A stretch of DNA of 64,000 nucleotides from Macrostomum lignano (Eukaryota): the NCBI GenBank assembly GCA_002269645.1, contig NIVC01000376.1, positions 186,001-250,000 on the forward strand, in the 5' to 3' direction. This document shows positions 24,085-38,286 of the stretch, piece by piece; the stretch's first letter is position 1; the number at the start of each line of letters is the position of its first letter. The position numbers and the translations under genes were made by a program. The notes under the pieces were generated by a model that was not told where the DNA came from, ran no database searches, and saw only the letters and a list, made by a program, of their open reading frames with translations.

Positions 24085-24900
24085 ATCTCAACCCAAATAT
24101 GATGACCCACTGACCCAATACCAAACTTGACCCAAATATCAATATGACCCACTGACCCAACACCAATCTTAACCCAAATATCAATATGACCCATTGACCC
24201 AACACCAAACTTGACCCAAATATCAATATGACTCACTGACCCAACACCAAAATTGACCCAAATATCAATATGACCCACTGACCCAACACCAAACTTGACC
24301 CAAATATCAATATGACCCACTGACCCAACACCAAACTTGACCCAAATATCAATATGACTCACTGACCCAATACCAAACTTGACCCAAATATCAATATGAC
24401 TCACTGATCGACCAATCTCGAGTCTCGACCCAAATATCAATATGACCCACTGACTACCCTAAAACTTGACCCAAATATCAATATGACCCATTGACCCACT
24501 ATCAATATGACCCATTGACCCACTATCAATCTTGACCCATATATCAATATGACCCATTGACCCACTATCAATCTCGACCCATATATCAATATGACCCATT
24601 GACCCACTATCAATCTCGACCCATATATCAATATGACCCATTGACCCACTATCAATATGACCCATTGACCCACTATCAATCTTGACCCATATATCAATAT
24701 GACCCATTGACCCACTATCAATCTCGACCCATATATCAATATGACCCATTGACCCACTATCAATCTCGACCCATATATCAATATGACCCATTGACCCACT
24801 ATCAATCTTGACCCATATATCAATATGACCCATTGACCCACTATCAATCTTGACCCATATATCAATATGACCCACTGATCCACCACCAATCTCGGCCCAT
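24085..24900. repeat. About 42-bp minisatellite built of GACCCA subrepeats
   Basis: atcaatatgacccactgaccca... units. Confidence 0.9.
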
Positions 24901-25739
24901 AAAAGTCTTGATTCAAACATTAGTCGATGACCCATCATGGCGAACCTCTTGACCTGAGCAATAAATAGTAAGTCCTTAAAAGCCTTCCAAATCTCTTATC
25001 CTTGACCCTAATCTCCTGTGTCGCAGGAACCAGAGCCCAGAAGCTAGCAGTTAACCCCAACCCACTCAACAAGTAGTCAGCTCCCGAATTAAAATTGAAT
25101 TTTTGCATTCGATTATGAATGAGTGGCGGGGTGGATCTATGCTGCTAGTTGAAGACAGAAATTTCTATGTTTAATGACTGACTGGCATGAATAGACCAGA
25201 TCACTGCGATGAGTCACTGTGGTTATAACATATTTCTCTGTGCTTAGCTTTAGTGAATTAAGAGAAAAAAATAAGAATTGTGTGCTCTCCATATAGGAAT
25301 GAAGTTCAAGTCATTTTCGCCATTCTACTCCTAAATATACATAACGTTTTTTCAGTATTGAAGCAGACTTTTGTCTTCTTTGGGACACTGACTGTTGAGT
25401 CTAAGGTCTCTAGGTCCAGTGTTGCTTTAACAGGAAATTTGTCTGCTGACTATCGACTTCTTCTGGCTCTGGCATTGGTCTGCCTATACAGCTGGGCTGA
25501 AGGGAGAGTTGAAGCCTCAATGCAAGTTCTGCTAAGCAGTGTTTCAAGCTTGTGTTGGAACATGAATGCTAATGTTATGCTCCAGTCTGACTGTCTGCGC
25601 TAGCTGTGAGAATATCTGCGAATATTTGGGAATATTTGGGAATATCTGGAACAGCATGTGGTGGGAAAGCATCCAGGACAAAAGGGAGGTCGAGTATTCG
25701 TACGATTGGAGAGGAGACTGGAGAGGGAGGACAAAATGG

Positions 25740-27198
25740 GAAAAAAGGGAGGAGGGAGGAAAGAGGAGAGAGAGGAGAGAAGGGAGAGGAGAGGAGAGAG
25801 GAGCAAGGGGAGAGGAGAGAGGAGACAGGGGAGAGAGGAGAGAGGAGAGAGGAGAGGAGGGAGGAGAGAGAAGGGGGTGAAGAGAGGGAGAGGGTACAGG
25901 AGAGAAAAGAGGAGAGAAGAGAGGAGAGAGGAGAGAAAAGGGAGAGGAGAGAGGACAGAGGACAGAGGGCAGAGGGCAGAGGAGAGAAAGAGGAGAAAGG
26001 GGAGAGAAGAGAGGGGAGAGGAGAGAAAAGGGAGAGGAGAGAGGACAGAGGACAGAGGGCAGAGGGCAGAGGAGAGAAAGAGGAGAAAGGGGAGAGAAGA
26101 GAGGGGAGAGGAGAGAAAAGGGAGAGGAGAGAGGACAGAGGACAGAGGGCAGAGGGCAGAGGAGAGAAAGAGGAGAAAGGGGAGAGAAGAGAGGGGAGAG
26201 GGGAGAGGAGAGAAGAGAGAGGGGAGAGGAGAGGGGCAGAGGAGAGAGGGGAGAGGGGAGAGGAGAGGGGCAGAGGAGAGAGGAGAGAGGGGAGAGGAGA
26301 GGGGCAGAGGAGAGAGGGGAGAGGGGAGAGGAGAGGGGGCAGAGGAGAGAGGGGAGAGGGGAGAGGAGAAGGGGAGAGGGAGAGGGAGAGGGGAGAGGAG
26401 AGGGGGAGAGGAGAGAGGAGAGAGAGGAGAGAGGAGAGGGGGAGAGAGGGAGAGGGAGAGGGGAGAGGGGAGAGGGGAGAGGAGAGGGGGAGAGGGGAGA
26501 GGAGAGGGGGCAGAGGAGAGAGGAGAGAGGGGAGAGGAGAGGGGCAGAGGGGAGAGGGGAGAGGGGAGAGGAGAGGGGGCAGAGGGGAGAGGGGAGAGGG
26601 GAGAGGAGAGGGGGGAGAGGAGAGAGGAGAGAGGGGAGAGGAGAGGGGGAGAGGGGAGAGGGGAGAGGAGAGGGGGAGAGGAGAGAGGAGAGAGGGGAGA
26701 GGAGAGGGGGGAGAGGGGAGAGGGGAGAGGGGAGAGGGGAGAGGAGAGGGGGAGAGGGGAGAGGGGAGAGGGGAGAGGAGAGGGGGGAGGAGAGAGGGGA
26801 GAGGGGAGAGGGGAGAGGAGAGGGGGCAGAGGAGAGAGGAGAGAGGAGAGAGGGGAGAGGAGAGGGGGCAGAGGAGAGAGGGGAGAGGAGAGAGGGGAGA
26901 GGAGAGAGGAGAGAGAAGAGAGGAGAGAGGAGAGGGGGCAGAGGAGAGAGGGGAGAGGAGAGAGGGAGAGGAGAGAGGAGAGAGGGGAGAGGAGAGAGGG
27001 GAGAGGAGAGAGGGGGAGGAGAGGGGGGAGAGGGGAGAGGAGAGAGGAGAGAGGGGAGAGGAGAGAGGAGAGAGGGAGAGGAGAGAGGAGAGAGGGGAGA
27101 TGAGAGAGGAGAGAGGGGAGAGGAGAGAGGAGAGAGGGAGAGAGAGAGGAGAGAGGGAGAGGAGAGAGGAGAGAGGAGAGAGGGGAGAGGAGAGAGGA

Positions 27199-27229
<31 letters not shown>

Positions 27230-27300
27230 AGGAGAGAGGAGAGAGGGAGAGGAGAGAGGAGAGAGGAGAGAGGAGAGAGGGGAGAGGAGAGAAGGTAGAG
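25740..27300. repeat. Long GA-only low-complexity tract
   Basis: gagag/ggggag mixtures; source of the 614/636-aa pseudo-ORFs. Confidence 0.95.
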
Positions 27301-27934
27301 GTAGTGAGTCTGCCGCAGCTGAGTGAGCAGCTTACAATGCGAGCAGGCAATGAGGCCCGAGCGGTGAAGTCAGCAAGCCCCCATACCGATAGACAAAAGC
27401 AGACAGGCACAAGAGGCGATACGAATAACAACAGTCGGATGGAGCAGTGACAAAGGGTGGGAAAGTGGGAGCCAGGCGCACACAAAGGAGCAGACAGGGG
27501 CGAATCTGTAGGGGCAGACAGTTCGGCGTCTCTGTATTGAATCCCCTTTGAAATATCCCCACTAAGGCTTACACAACTGGGGGAATGGCAACTACAATCT
27601 GCTTCCCAACTGGGATTCCACTAGCAAGAGGGCTATCTATCTGCAAAACAGCTGTTGTTCTTAGGCAGGCAATGCTACATTGTGCTTGTCAATTCCAATA
27701 GGCCCAGAACCAACCTGGGCTATTGATTGGGCAGGTCATCTGATGCCACCCGGATCCAGACAATTGGTGCTTGCAAGTTCATTTATTTGCATTGGTTGAT
27801 CTGATGCTTGTCATTGAGAACCCGGTGTTCGATTGATGAGATGGTGTCAGTTGATCCATGTTTGCACATTTGCTGCATTTGAGTCCATGAGCTCATTGAA
27901 ATTATGAAGTCAAGCCTGAACACCTGAAATCCTT

Positions 27935-29655
27935 CATTCAGCTCACTATAAATGAATACCTGAAATCCTTCATTCAGCTCACTATAAATGAATACCTGAA
28001 ATCCTTCATTCAGCTCGCTGTGAATACCTGAAATCCTTCATTCAGCTCACTATGAATACCTGAAATCCTTCATTCAGCTCACTATGAATACCTGAAATCC
28101 TTCATTCAGCTCACTATGAATACCTGAAATCCTTCATTCAGCTCACTATGAATACCTGAAATCCTTCATTCAGCTCACTATGAATACCTGAAATCCTTCA
28201 TTCAGCTCACTGTGAATACCTGAAATCCTTCATTCAGCTCACTATGAATACCTGAAATCCTTCATTCAGCTCACTATGAATACCTGAAATCCTTCATTCA
28301 GCTCGCTGTGAATACCTGAAATCCTTCATTCAGCTCACTATGAATACCTGAAATCCTTCATTCAGCTCACTATGAATACCTGAAATCCTTCATTCAGCTC
28401 ACTATAAATGAATACCTGAAATCCTTCATTCAGCTCACTATAAATGAATACCTGAAATCCTTCATTCAGCTCACTATGAATACCTGAAATCCTTCATTCA
28501 GCTCACTATGAATACCTGAAATCCTTCATTCAGCTCACTCTGAATACCTGAAATCCTTCATTCAGCTCACTATGAATACCTGAAATCCTTTATTCAGCTC
28601 ACTATGAATACCTGAAATCCTTCATTCAGCTCACTATGAACACCTGAAATCCTTCATTCAGCTCACTCTGAATACCTGAAATCCTTCATTCAGCTCACTA
28701 TGAATACCTGAAATCCTTCATTCAGCTCACTATAAATGAATGCCTGAAATCCTTCATTCAACTCACTCTGAATACCTGAAATCCTTCATTCAGCTCACTA
28801 TGAATACCTGAAATCCTTCATTCAGCTCACTCTGAATACCTGAAATCCTTCATTCAGCTCACTATGAATACCTGAAATCCTTCATTCAGCTCACTATGAA
28901 TACCTGAAATCCTTCATTCAGCTCACTATGAATACCTGAAATCCTTCATTCAGCTCACTATAAATGAATACCTGAAATCCTTCATTCAGCTCACTATGAA
29001 TACCTGAAATCCTTCATTCAGCTCACTATGAACACCTGAAATCCTTCATTCAGCTCACTCTGAATACCTGAAATCCTTCATTCAGCTCACTATGAATACC
29101 TGAAATCCTTCATTCAGCTCACTCTGAATACCTGAAATCCTTCATTCAACTCACTCTGAATACCTGAAATCCTTCATTCAGCTCACTATGAATACCTGAA
29201 ATCCTTCATTCAGCTCACTCTGAATACCTGAAATCCTTCATTCAGCTCACTATGAATACCTGAAATCCTTCATTCAGCTCACTATAAATGAATACCTGAA
29301 ATCCTTCATTCAGCTCACTATGAATACCTGAAATCCTTCATTCAGCTCACTATGAACACCTGAAATCCTTCATTCAGCTCACTCTGAATACCTGAAATCC
29401 TTCATTCAGCTCACTATGAACACCTGAAATCCTTCATTCAGCTCACTATGAATACCTGAAATCCTTCATTCAGCTCACTCTGAATACCTGAAATCCTTCA
29501 TTCAGCTCACTCTGAATACCTGAAATCCTTCATTCAGCTCACTATAAATGAATACCTGAAATCCTTCATTCAGCTCACTATAAATGAATACCTGAAATCC
29601 TTCATTCAGCTCACTCTGAATACCTGAAATCCTTCATTCCGATCACTCTGAACAC
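27935..29655. repeat. 32-bp minisatellite TGAATACCTGAAATCCTTCATTCAGCTCACTA
   Basis: About 50 copies, no spacers. Confidence 0.97.
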
Positions 29656-30467
29656 ATTACCAGAAACAGCTATCCCAAACTAAAATGGTTAAACTACAAA
29701 AAAGATTTTTGACATTGTTCGAAAACCGAATTTCCCACAGCTGTCATCGACTGATCTCCCACACACAATCCCCCTCCCCCCCAGATGGCAACTGCCTCTT
29801 CGCCATCTCCATTAATTCGCGCTGACAAGCTCTCTGTCATCTTTCCCTCTGATCAGTCTTCGACTGAAATAATGCCAACCCCCTCCCCAAATGACGCCAT
29901 AATCCTAGTTCAGTTTAGTAAGCAGCCTTCAAGCAATAACGCATACACACGCGCACTTGCTGCCAATTCTGCTTTTTTCGCTCTCGCTCTGCTTGTGTCA
30001 TTTCTATCTTGTCTTTAAAGGCAGAGAGATGCCTCTCGCAGTGTTAGATTATTATCAACTTCTGGCGACAGACTGTCTGACTGAAGAGCTTCGGCCACCG
30101 CGCGATATCATCTGCGCTGCACAATAGCCCCCCATGACAGTCCAGACTCTGATGCAGCTGCATCGCTATATTTTTCTCTATTTAATAAACTGACATTCTC
30201 TTAGAGACCGACAATTTAGCGACATACTCACTCTCCTTTTTGAGTTGTAAAAATTGTAAAAAGCCTTGATATTTACGATTCTGGTAAATTTACAGGCTAA
30301 ATAGAACTGTTTTTCAACTATAGTCTACAAGATTTGTCTTTCGTGGGCGAATCATACTACTTGGCGCACAAGCCTTAGTAGTCTAACTGAAGCAGGAAAT
30401 GCGCGATTTTTTTCAAGCATGGAAAAAATATCGAACAGAGCGCCATCAATCGGATCAGAAGTGCATT

Positions 30468-30835
30468 TGATACGGGTGTGTTAGATACGGGTGTGTTAGA
30501 TACGGGTGTGTTAGATACGGGTGTGTTAGATACGGGTGTGTTAGATAGAGGTGTGTTAGATAGAGGTGTGTTAGATAGAGGTGTGTTAGATAGAGGTGTG
30601 TTAGATACGGGTGTGTTAGATACGTGTGTGTTAGATAGAGGTGTGTTAGATACGGGTGTGTTAGATACGGGTGTGTTAGATAGAGGTGTGTTAGATACGG
30701 GTGTGTTAGATACGGGTGTGTTAGATAGAGGTGTGTTAGATACGGGTGTGTTAGATACGGGGGTGTTAGATAGAGGTGTGTTAAATAGAGGTGTGTTCGA
30801 TACGAGTGTGTTACATAGAAGGTGTGTTAGATAAA
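30468..30835. repeat. 15-bp minisatellite GGTGTGTTAGATA(CG/GA)
   Basis: Tandem copies. Confidence 0.95.
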
Positions 30836-31669
30836 GGTGTGTTACATAATGAGGGCCCGACTCGAAGCACTTTTCCGTCGAATATCTGACAGGAGATCCT
30901 GAAAGCTAAACCCCCACCTTGCCTACCTACCTAGTATCCGCCTCTTCTGTCTAATCGCCAAAATCGGGGCTCCTGATGACTCAGTGAGTGTCAGCCATCA
31001 AAGGAGTGTCTCTCGTTTTTTGCTTGGTTATTTTTCAACGGAAAAAAAGCACATGCACGGCACACAGAAGGGCCGCCGGTGCATGTGGGAGGCCTCGGCT
31101 CCCCTCATTTGTCCTCATTAAGAGAGCGGAGATTGACTTTCTTGCTGTATGCAAAGAAAAAATATCCCATATAGCTTGCTTTTTTCGAATAGTTGTTTTT
31201 TAGTTTCCTCTCCCCGGCTGCCAGATGCTTATCAAAATCTTCAGAATTCTAGAAACAAAGAGCTAGCAGTCTTTGTCCAAGACTTTTTCGCGTGGCACGC
31301 ATCATCGCGGACGCTGGGCCATTCGATTTTCAGTTTATCTTTGAGAACCTGGCCCTGCGTTGGATAACGGTTGGATAAGCTTAATCTATGAAGTCCTCTT
31401 GAAATGAATAAACAAAGACTTGGGAAGCATCTAGATTGTATAAAATTCCCCAGATATAGATCCCATGGTCGTGTGCATGGGAGGTATGAAACAGTAGATA
31501 AATTTTTTTCTGCCAAAGCAAATCTTGATAATGTGCTACTGGCGAATGCCTGATAGACTGACAATTTTGAGTAGAATTTATGTTTCATTCAGAAACAGAA
31601 TTTGAAAACAGCAAATTAAGAAATTGAAAAATCAGACGTAAGTACGATGGTCCAGTCATAGGAGTGACC

Positions 31670-32550
31670 ATAGAGTGAACAGACTGGAGAGACCTGAGTG
31701 AACAGATAGGAGACACCAGAGTGAACAGACAGGAGAGACCAGAGTGAACAGACCGGAGAGTCCAGAGTGAACAGACAGGAGACACCAGAGTGAACAGACT
31801 GGAGACACCAGAGTGAACAGACTGGAGACACCAGAGTGAACAGACCGGAGAGTCCAGAGTGAACAGACCGGAGAGTCCAGAGTGAACAGACAGGAGACAC
31901 CAGAGTGAACAGACCGGAGAGTCCAGAGTGAACAGACTGGAGACACCAGAGTGAACAGACTGGAGACACCAGAGTGAACAGACAGGAGACACTAGAGTGA
32001 ACAGACCGGAGAGTCCAGAGTGAACAGACCGGAGAGTCCAGAGTGAACAGACTGGAGACACCAGAGTGAACAGACTGGAGACACCAGAGTGAACAGACAG
32101 GAGACACTAGAGTGAACAGAACGGAGAGTCCAGAGTGAACAGACTGGAGACACCAGAGTGAACAGACTGGAGAGACCAGAGTGAACAGACAGGAGAGACC
32201 AGAGTGAACAGACTGGAGAGACCAGAGTGAACAGACAGGAGCCACCAGAGTGAACAGACAGCTGACACCAGAGTGAACAGACAGGAAACACCAGAGTGAA
32301 CAGACTGGAGACACCAGAGTGAACAGACTGGAGAGACCAGAGTGAACAGACTGGAGAGACCAGAGTGAACAGACAGGAGACACCAGAGTGAACAGACAGG
32401 AGACACCAGAGTGAACAGACAGGAGACACCAGAGTGAAAAGACTAGAAAGTCCAGAGTGAATATACTGGAGAGTCCAGAGTGAACAGACAGGAGACACCA
32501 GAGTGAACAGACAGGAGACACCAGAGTGAACAGACTGGAGACACCAGAGT
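31670..32550. repeat. 23-bp minisatellite CCAGAGTGAACAGACTGGAGACA
   Basis: About 38 copies. Confidence 0.95.
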
Positions 32551-33254
32551 GAGCACACAGCTGAGATGAGATCCAAGGTGAAGGAGAGATTGGAGACACG
32601 GCAGTAAAAGCAAAAGCCAGAGATTCACTCACAGCTGGTGAAGCATGCCCAGTAAGTCCACAATGACACAGAGAAGCCAGTGAAAGCGCGGGCAGAGACT
32701 GCGAGAAAGGCTTGATCCCCATTCAGCTGATGCTAATCGCATATCCCAAAGCCCCCCCCCCCTGTCGGTCTATTATTGGAAGTCTTCTCCTTGCTTTCAC
32801 AAGCGATGGCTAAGAATGATGATGACATGATTCTAACCCCCTCCCTCCAGCGTTGATGGCTTCTGGCATGCTGCGCCCCGTCTTTCCTCCCCAGTCCTTT
32901 GCCGCTTCTGCTGTTGCCAAGCCGGCAAAGCGTGGCTCCCTTCTCGGCTCTGTTTGTTGTCATCAGCTCCAGCTGTCACCGGGTGCTGTGGCCTCGCAAG
33001 CGTTGCATCTGCAACTGCAGTTTACTATGCCCAGGTCTACTATAGAGCATAATATGCTTCTTGCAGACTGTCTGAGCTGTTGAAATCTTTTGAGTTTGTA
33101 TCTGCCTTGCTGGTCATTCGTAAAAGTTATTTTACCCTCTATGAACCTTGCTGACCCTCCTTCTCCCGCTATTACTTTCTCTCTTTCTCTCTTACCCTCT
33201 TACCGACACTGGCCCTCTTTGACCCTTTCAAAAACCCCTCTACCGTTTTAAACC

Positions 33255-33812
33255 TATCTGACCCTCTCTGACCCTCTCTGACCCTCTCTGACCCTCTCTG
33301 ACCCTCTCTGACCCTCTCTGACCCTCTCTGACCCTCTTTGAGCCTATCGGACCCTCTCTGACCCTCTCTGACCCTCTCTGACCCTCTCTGACCCTCTCTG
33401 ACCCTCTCTGACCCTCTCTGACCCTCTCTGACCCTCTCTGACCCTCTCTGACCCTCTCTGACCCTCTCTGACCCTCTTTGAGCCTATCGGACCCTCTCTG
33501 ACCCTCTCTGACCCTCTCTGACCCTCTCTGACCCTCTCTGACCTTCTCTGACCCTCTCTGACCCTCTCTGACCCTCTCTGACCCTATCTGACTCTTTCTG
33601 ACCCTCTCTGACCCTCTTTGAGCCTATCGGACCCCTCTCTGACCCTCTCTGACCCTCTCTGACCCTCTCTGACCTTCTCTGACCCTATCTGACTCTTTCT
33701 GACCCTCTCTGACCCTCTTTGACTCTATCTGGCTGTCTCTGACCCTCTCTGATACATTATGACTCTCTATGATCCTCTCTGACTCTCCCTGACACTTTCT
33801 GACCCTCTCTGA
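33255..33812. repeat. 10-bp repeat (ACCCTCTCTG)n
   Basis: Tandem copies. Confidence 0.95.
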
Positions 33813-34429
33813 CCCACCGACTCCCTCTCCACATATGCTCACGTAAACCCATATCCATCATGCTCAAAGAACTCTGGCAGTGGCACAGCAACCCTTCTTT
33901 GTTTTTTTTTCCTGCCGTGCCGCACCGAGACGCGGCTTCTCCTGCAAGCGATCCGGGCCTCATCTAACTAGGAAGCTGGGCCCCAGCTAGATATCGTGAT
34001 TTCCGTGAGCTTCACAAAAGAAAAAATATCGCGAAGATGGAAAAACTGACTTACTGGGACGAAATCGAGGCTGACATTTTTCCAGCTCTTTTTTGAAGGC
34101 GCATTTGCAGTCATGCTCATCCCCTCTGCCCTAATCCTCCCACAGCTAACCTGGGCAGAAATCAGATTACTCTCAAGTCGGATCTGCATCTCAAACCCGT
34201 CATCATCATAATCAATTTTCCCTTCTCATCCCTCTCTCTGTCTTCCCCCCTAGTCATCTGTTCGAGACAAATCTCCCCAGTTCATTTCCTATACGGTGAA
34301 ATCCCTTCTCTCCGTGTCTTCCTTTGTCTCCTCATTGCCATCTTCCTTGTGCATTCTCTCGTCTGGGACGGCCGGTCCACCTGAGGAGCAGATGGGGAGA
34401 GGGAGAAAGTGAGAGTGTGGCTGAGTGAG

Positions 34430-35210
34430 CGGGGATGTTAGAGTGTGAGCAGAGATGTTAGAGTATGAGAAGAGACGTTAGAGAGTGAGCAGAGATGTTC
34501 GAGAGTGAGCAGAGATGCTAGAGGGTAAGCAGAGATGTTAGATAGTGAGCAGAGAGGTTAGAGAGTGAGCAGAGATGTTAGATAGTGAGCAGGGATGTTA
34601 GATAGTGAGCAGAGATGTCAGATAGTGAGCAGAGATGTTAGAGAGTGAGAAGAGATGTTAGAGAGTGAGCAGAGATGTTAGATAGTGAGCAGAGAGGTTA
34701 GATAGTGAGCAGGGATGTTAGAGAGTGAGCAGAGATGTTAGATAGTGAGCAGGGATGTTAGAGAGTGAGCAGAGATGTTAGATAGTGAGCAGGGATGTTA
34801 GAGAGTGAGCAGGGACGTTAGAGAGTAAGCAGAGATGCTAGAGAGTGAGCAGAGGTGCAGGATAGTAAGCAGAGGTGCAGGAGAGTGAGCAGAGGTGCAG
34901 GAGAGTGAGCAGAGGTGCAGGAGAGTGAGCAGGGGTGCAGGAGAGTGAGCAGGGGTGCAGGAGAGTGAGCAGGGGTGCAGGAGAGTGAGCAGGGGTGCAG
35001 GAGAGTGAGCAGGGGTGCAGGAGAGTGAGCAGGGGTGCAGGATAGTAAGCAGAGGTGCAGGAGAGTGAGCAGAGGTGCAGGAGAGTGAGCAGAGGTGCAG
35101 GAGAGTGAGCAGGGGTGCAGGAGAGTGAGCAGGGGTGCAGGAGAGTGAGCAGGGGTGCAGGAGAGTGAGCAGGGGTGCAGGAGAGTGAGCAGAGGTGCAG
35201 GAGAGTGAGA
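34430..35210. repeat. 20-bp bipartite minisatellite (GAGAGTGAGCAG core)
   Basis: agatgtta variant then ggtgcag variant, switching near 34850. Confidence 0.93.
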
Positions 35211-35744
35211 AGGGGAGTGAAATCGCAGAACAAAGTCCTCCATTGCCAGAAAAACAGCCTTCGCCAGAAGATTGTGTTTAACGGAGACAAGACAAAAGTT
35301 TCAGGAATTCTCGCACAGTATTATCAACGTAGAGCATCTTGGAAAGCAGTCGAACCGTTCTTCAACTTGTATGCGTATTACTTGCAGTTGTTGCCAACCG
35401 CGCCAACATATACTTGCCAGCAATTGTCACTGCCAATATTTCTGTTTGTCACCGCTGCTTCGACAGTCCTTCCTTTTTTGACCCTCAACCCCCTGGTCCC
35501 AGCTTCCTTACCCTCCTCCCGCCTCATCGGGCTTCAGATCTTGAATTCCTGGCTTCTGGGATGCTGCAGAAAAGGCAATAAAATCCATTCCAAATCACTT
35601 TTTTAACCATAGGGCAATTCGGTCAGCATGGAAGAGGATTAGCCAAATTAATTTTTGTTATTGTTTACACACAAGTGGCTCTCGGATCTGACTCTGACCC
35701 CAATTAAACTGCTATCAATCTGAGTATTTTTAGCCGAATGCCAG

Positions 35745-38000
35745 AGATACCAGAATGGCACACATCAGAAAACAGAAATGGCACACATCAGATAATAGGA
35801 ATGGCACACATTAGATAACAGGAATGGCACACATCAGATACCAGAATGGCACACATCAGATACCAGAATGGCACACATCAGATAACAGAATGGCACACAT
35901 CAGATACCAGAATGGCACACATCAGATACCAGAATGGCACACATCAGATACCAGAATGGCACACATCAGATACCAGAATGGCACACATCAGATACCAGAA
36001 TGGCACACATCAGATAACAGGAATGGCACACATCAGATAACAGGAATGGCACACATCAGATACCAGAATGGCACACATCAGATACCAGAATGGCACACAT
36101 CAGATATCAGAATGGCACACATCAGATACCAGAATGGCACACATAAGATAACAGGAATGGCACACATCAGATAACAGGAATGGCACACATCAGATAACAG
36201 AATGGCACACATCAGATAACAGGAATGGCACACATCAGATAACAGAATGGCACACATCAGATAACAGGAATGGCACACATCAGATAACAGAAATGGCACA
36301 CATCAGATACCAGAATGGCACACATCAGATACCAGAATGGCACACATCAGATAACAGGAATGGCACACATCAGATAACAGAAATGGCACACATCAGATAA
36401 CAGAATGGCACACATCAGATAACAGGAATGGCACACATCAGATAACAGAAATGGCACACATCAGATAACAGAAATGGCACACATCAGATAACAGAAATGG
36501 CACACATCAGATAACAGAATGGCACACATCAGATACCAGAATGGCACACATCAGATATCAGAATGGCACACATCAGATACCAGAATGGCACACATAAGAT
36601 AACAGGAATGGCACACATCAGATAACAGGAATGGCACACATCAGATAACAGAATGGCACACATCAGATAACAGGAATGGCACACATCAGATAACAGAAAT
36701 GGCACACATCAGATAACAGAATGGCACACATCAGATACCAGAATGGCACACATCAGATAACAGGAATGGCACACATCAGATAACAGAAATGGCACACATC
36801 AGATACCAGAATGGCACACATCAGATACCAGAATGGCACACATCAGATAACAGGAATGGCACACATCAGATAACAGAAATGGCACACATCAGATAACAGA
36901 AATGGCACACATCAGATAACAGAAATGGCACACATCAGATAACAGAATGGCACACATCAGATACCAGAATGGCACACATCAGATATCAGAATGGCACACA
37001 TCAGATACCAGAATGGCACACATAAGATAACAGGAATGGCACACATCAGATAACAGGAATGGCACACATCAGATAACAGAATGGCACACATCAGATAACA
37101 GGAATGGCACACATCAGATAACAGAAATGGCACACATCAGATAACAGAATGGCACACATCAGATACCAGAATGGCACACATCAGATAACAGGAATGGCAC
37201 ACATCAGATAACAGAAATGGCACACATCAGATACCAGAATGGCACACATCAGATACCAGAATGGCACACATCAGATAACAGGAATGGCACACATCAGATA
37301 ACAGAAATGGCACACATCAGATAACAGGAATGGCACACATCAGATAACAGAATGGCACACATCAGATAACAGAAATGGCACACATCAGATAACAGAAATG
37401 GCACACATCAGATAACAGAATGGCACACATCAGATACCAGAATGGCACACATCAGATATCAGAATGGCACACATCAGATACCAGAATGGCACACATAAGA
37501 TAACAGGAATGGCACACATCAGATAACAGGAATGGCACACATCAGATAACAGAATGGCACACATCAGATAACAGGAATGGCACACATCAGATAACAGAAA
37601 TGGCACACATCAGATAACAGAATGGCACACATCAGATACCAGAATGGCACACATCAGATAACAGGAATGGCACACATCAGATAACAGAAATGGCACACAT
37701 CAGATACCAGAATGGCACACATCAGATATCAGAATGGCACACATCAGATACCAGAATGGCACACATAAGATAACAGGAATGGCACACATCAGATAACAGG
37801 AATGGCACACATCAGATAACAGAATGGCACACATCAGATAACAGGAATGGCACACATCAGATAACAGAAATGGCACACATCAGATAACAGAATGGCACAC
37901 ATCAGATACCAGAATGGCACACATCAGATAACAGGAATGGCACACATCAGATACCAGAATGGCACACATCAGATAACAGGAATGGCACACATCAGATACA
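35745..38000. repeat. 22-23-bp minisatellite AATGGCACACATCAGATA(C/A)CAG
   Basis: About 100 copies with higher-order duplications. Confidence 0.97.
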
Positions 38001-38100
38001 ATAATGAGACATTTAAACATAAAAATGATTAGGAGTCCAAATGAATTTCCCAATTCATAATTATACTAATTATCGCGAAGAGGCAAATGCATAGAATAGT

Positions 38101-38160
38101 GGACGGGGCAGGGTTTGCATCGAGCCAGCCAATCAGAGAGCAGGACGGCTCTCATTGGCT
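38101..38160. promoter_or_regulatory. Paired CCAAT boxes upstream of in-frame ATG 38287
   Basis: agCCAATcag at 38129 and cATTGGct at 38154, preceded by ggggcaggg; ATG context aaaATGG. Confidence 0.4.
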
Positions 38161-38286
38161 ATCGCGAGGACTGGTGGGATTCCTGCTCTAGGCAGTGTAA
38201 AACTTGATATAAAATAATAACATGCCAACAAAAGAGTCGCAACTTCTGACTCTGGGAAGGTTTTGACGACGAAGCAGCCGTTTAAA

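Noticed and set aside
25575-27485. 614-, 636- and 481-aa ORFs
   Set aside because: Translations of a GA-only tract that cannot contain stop codons; no domain content.
27935-29655. CRISPR-like array (32-bp partly palindromic unit)
   Set aside because: Units are head-to-tail with no unique spacers; eukaryotic context and no cas genes. The same applies to all other arrays.
34281-34295. Possible 15-nt symmetric microexon (VHFLY) in UNC5 intron 1
   Set aside because: Weak donor (gtgaaa); such matches are expected by chance in 17 kb.
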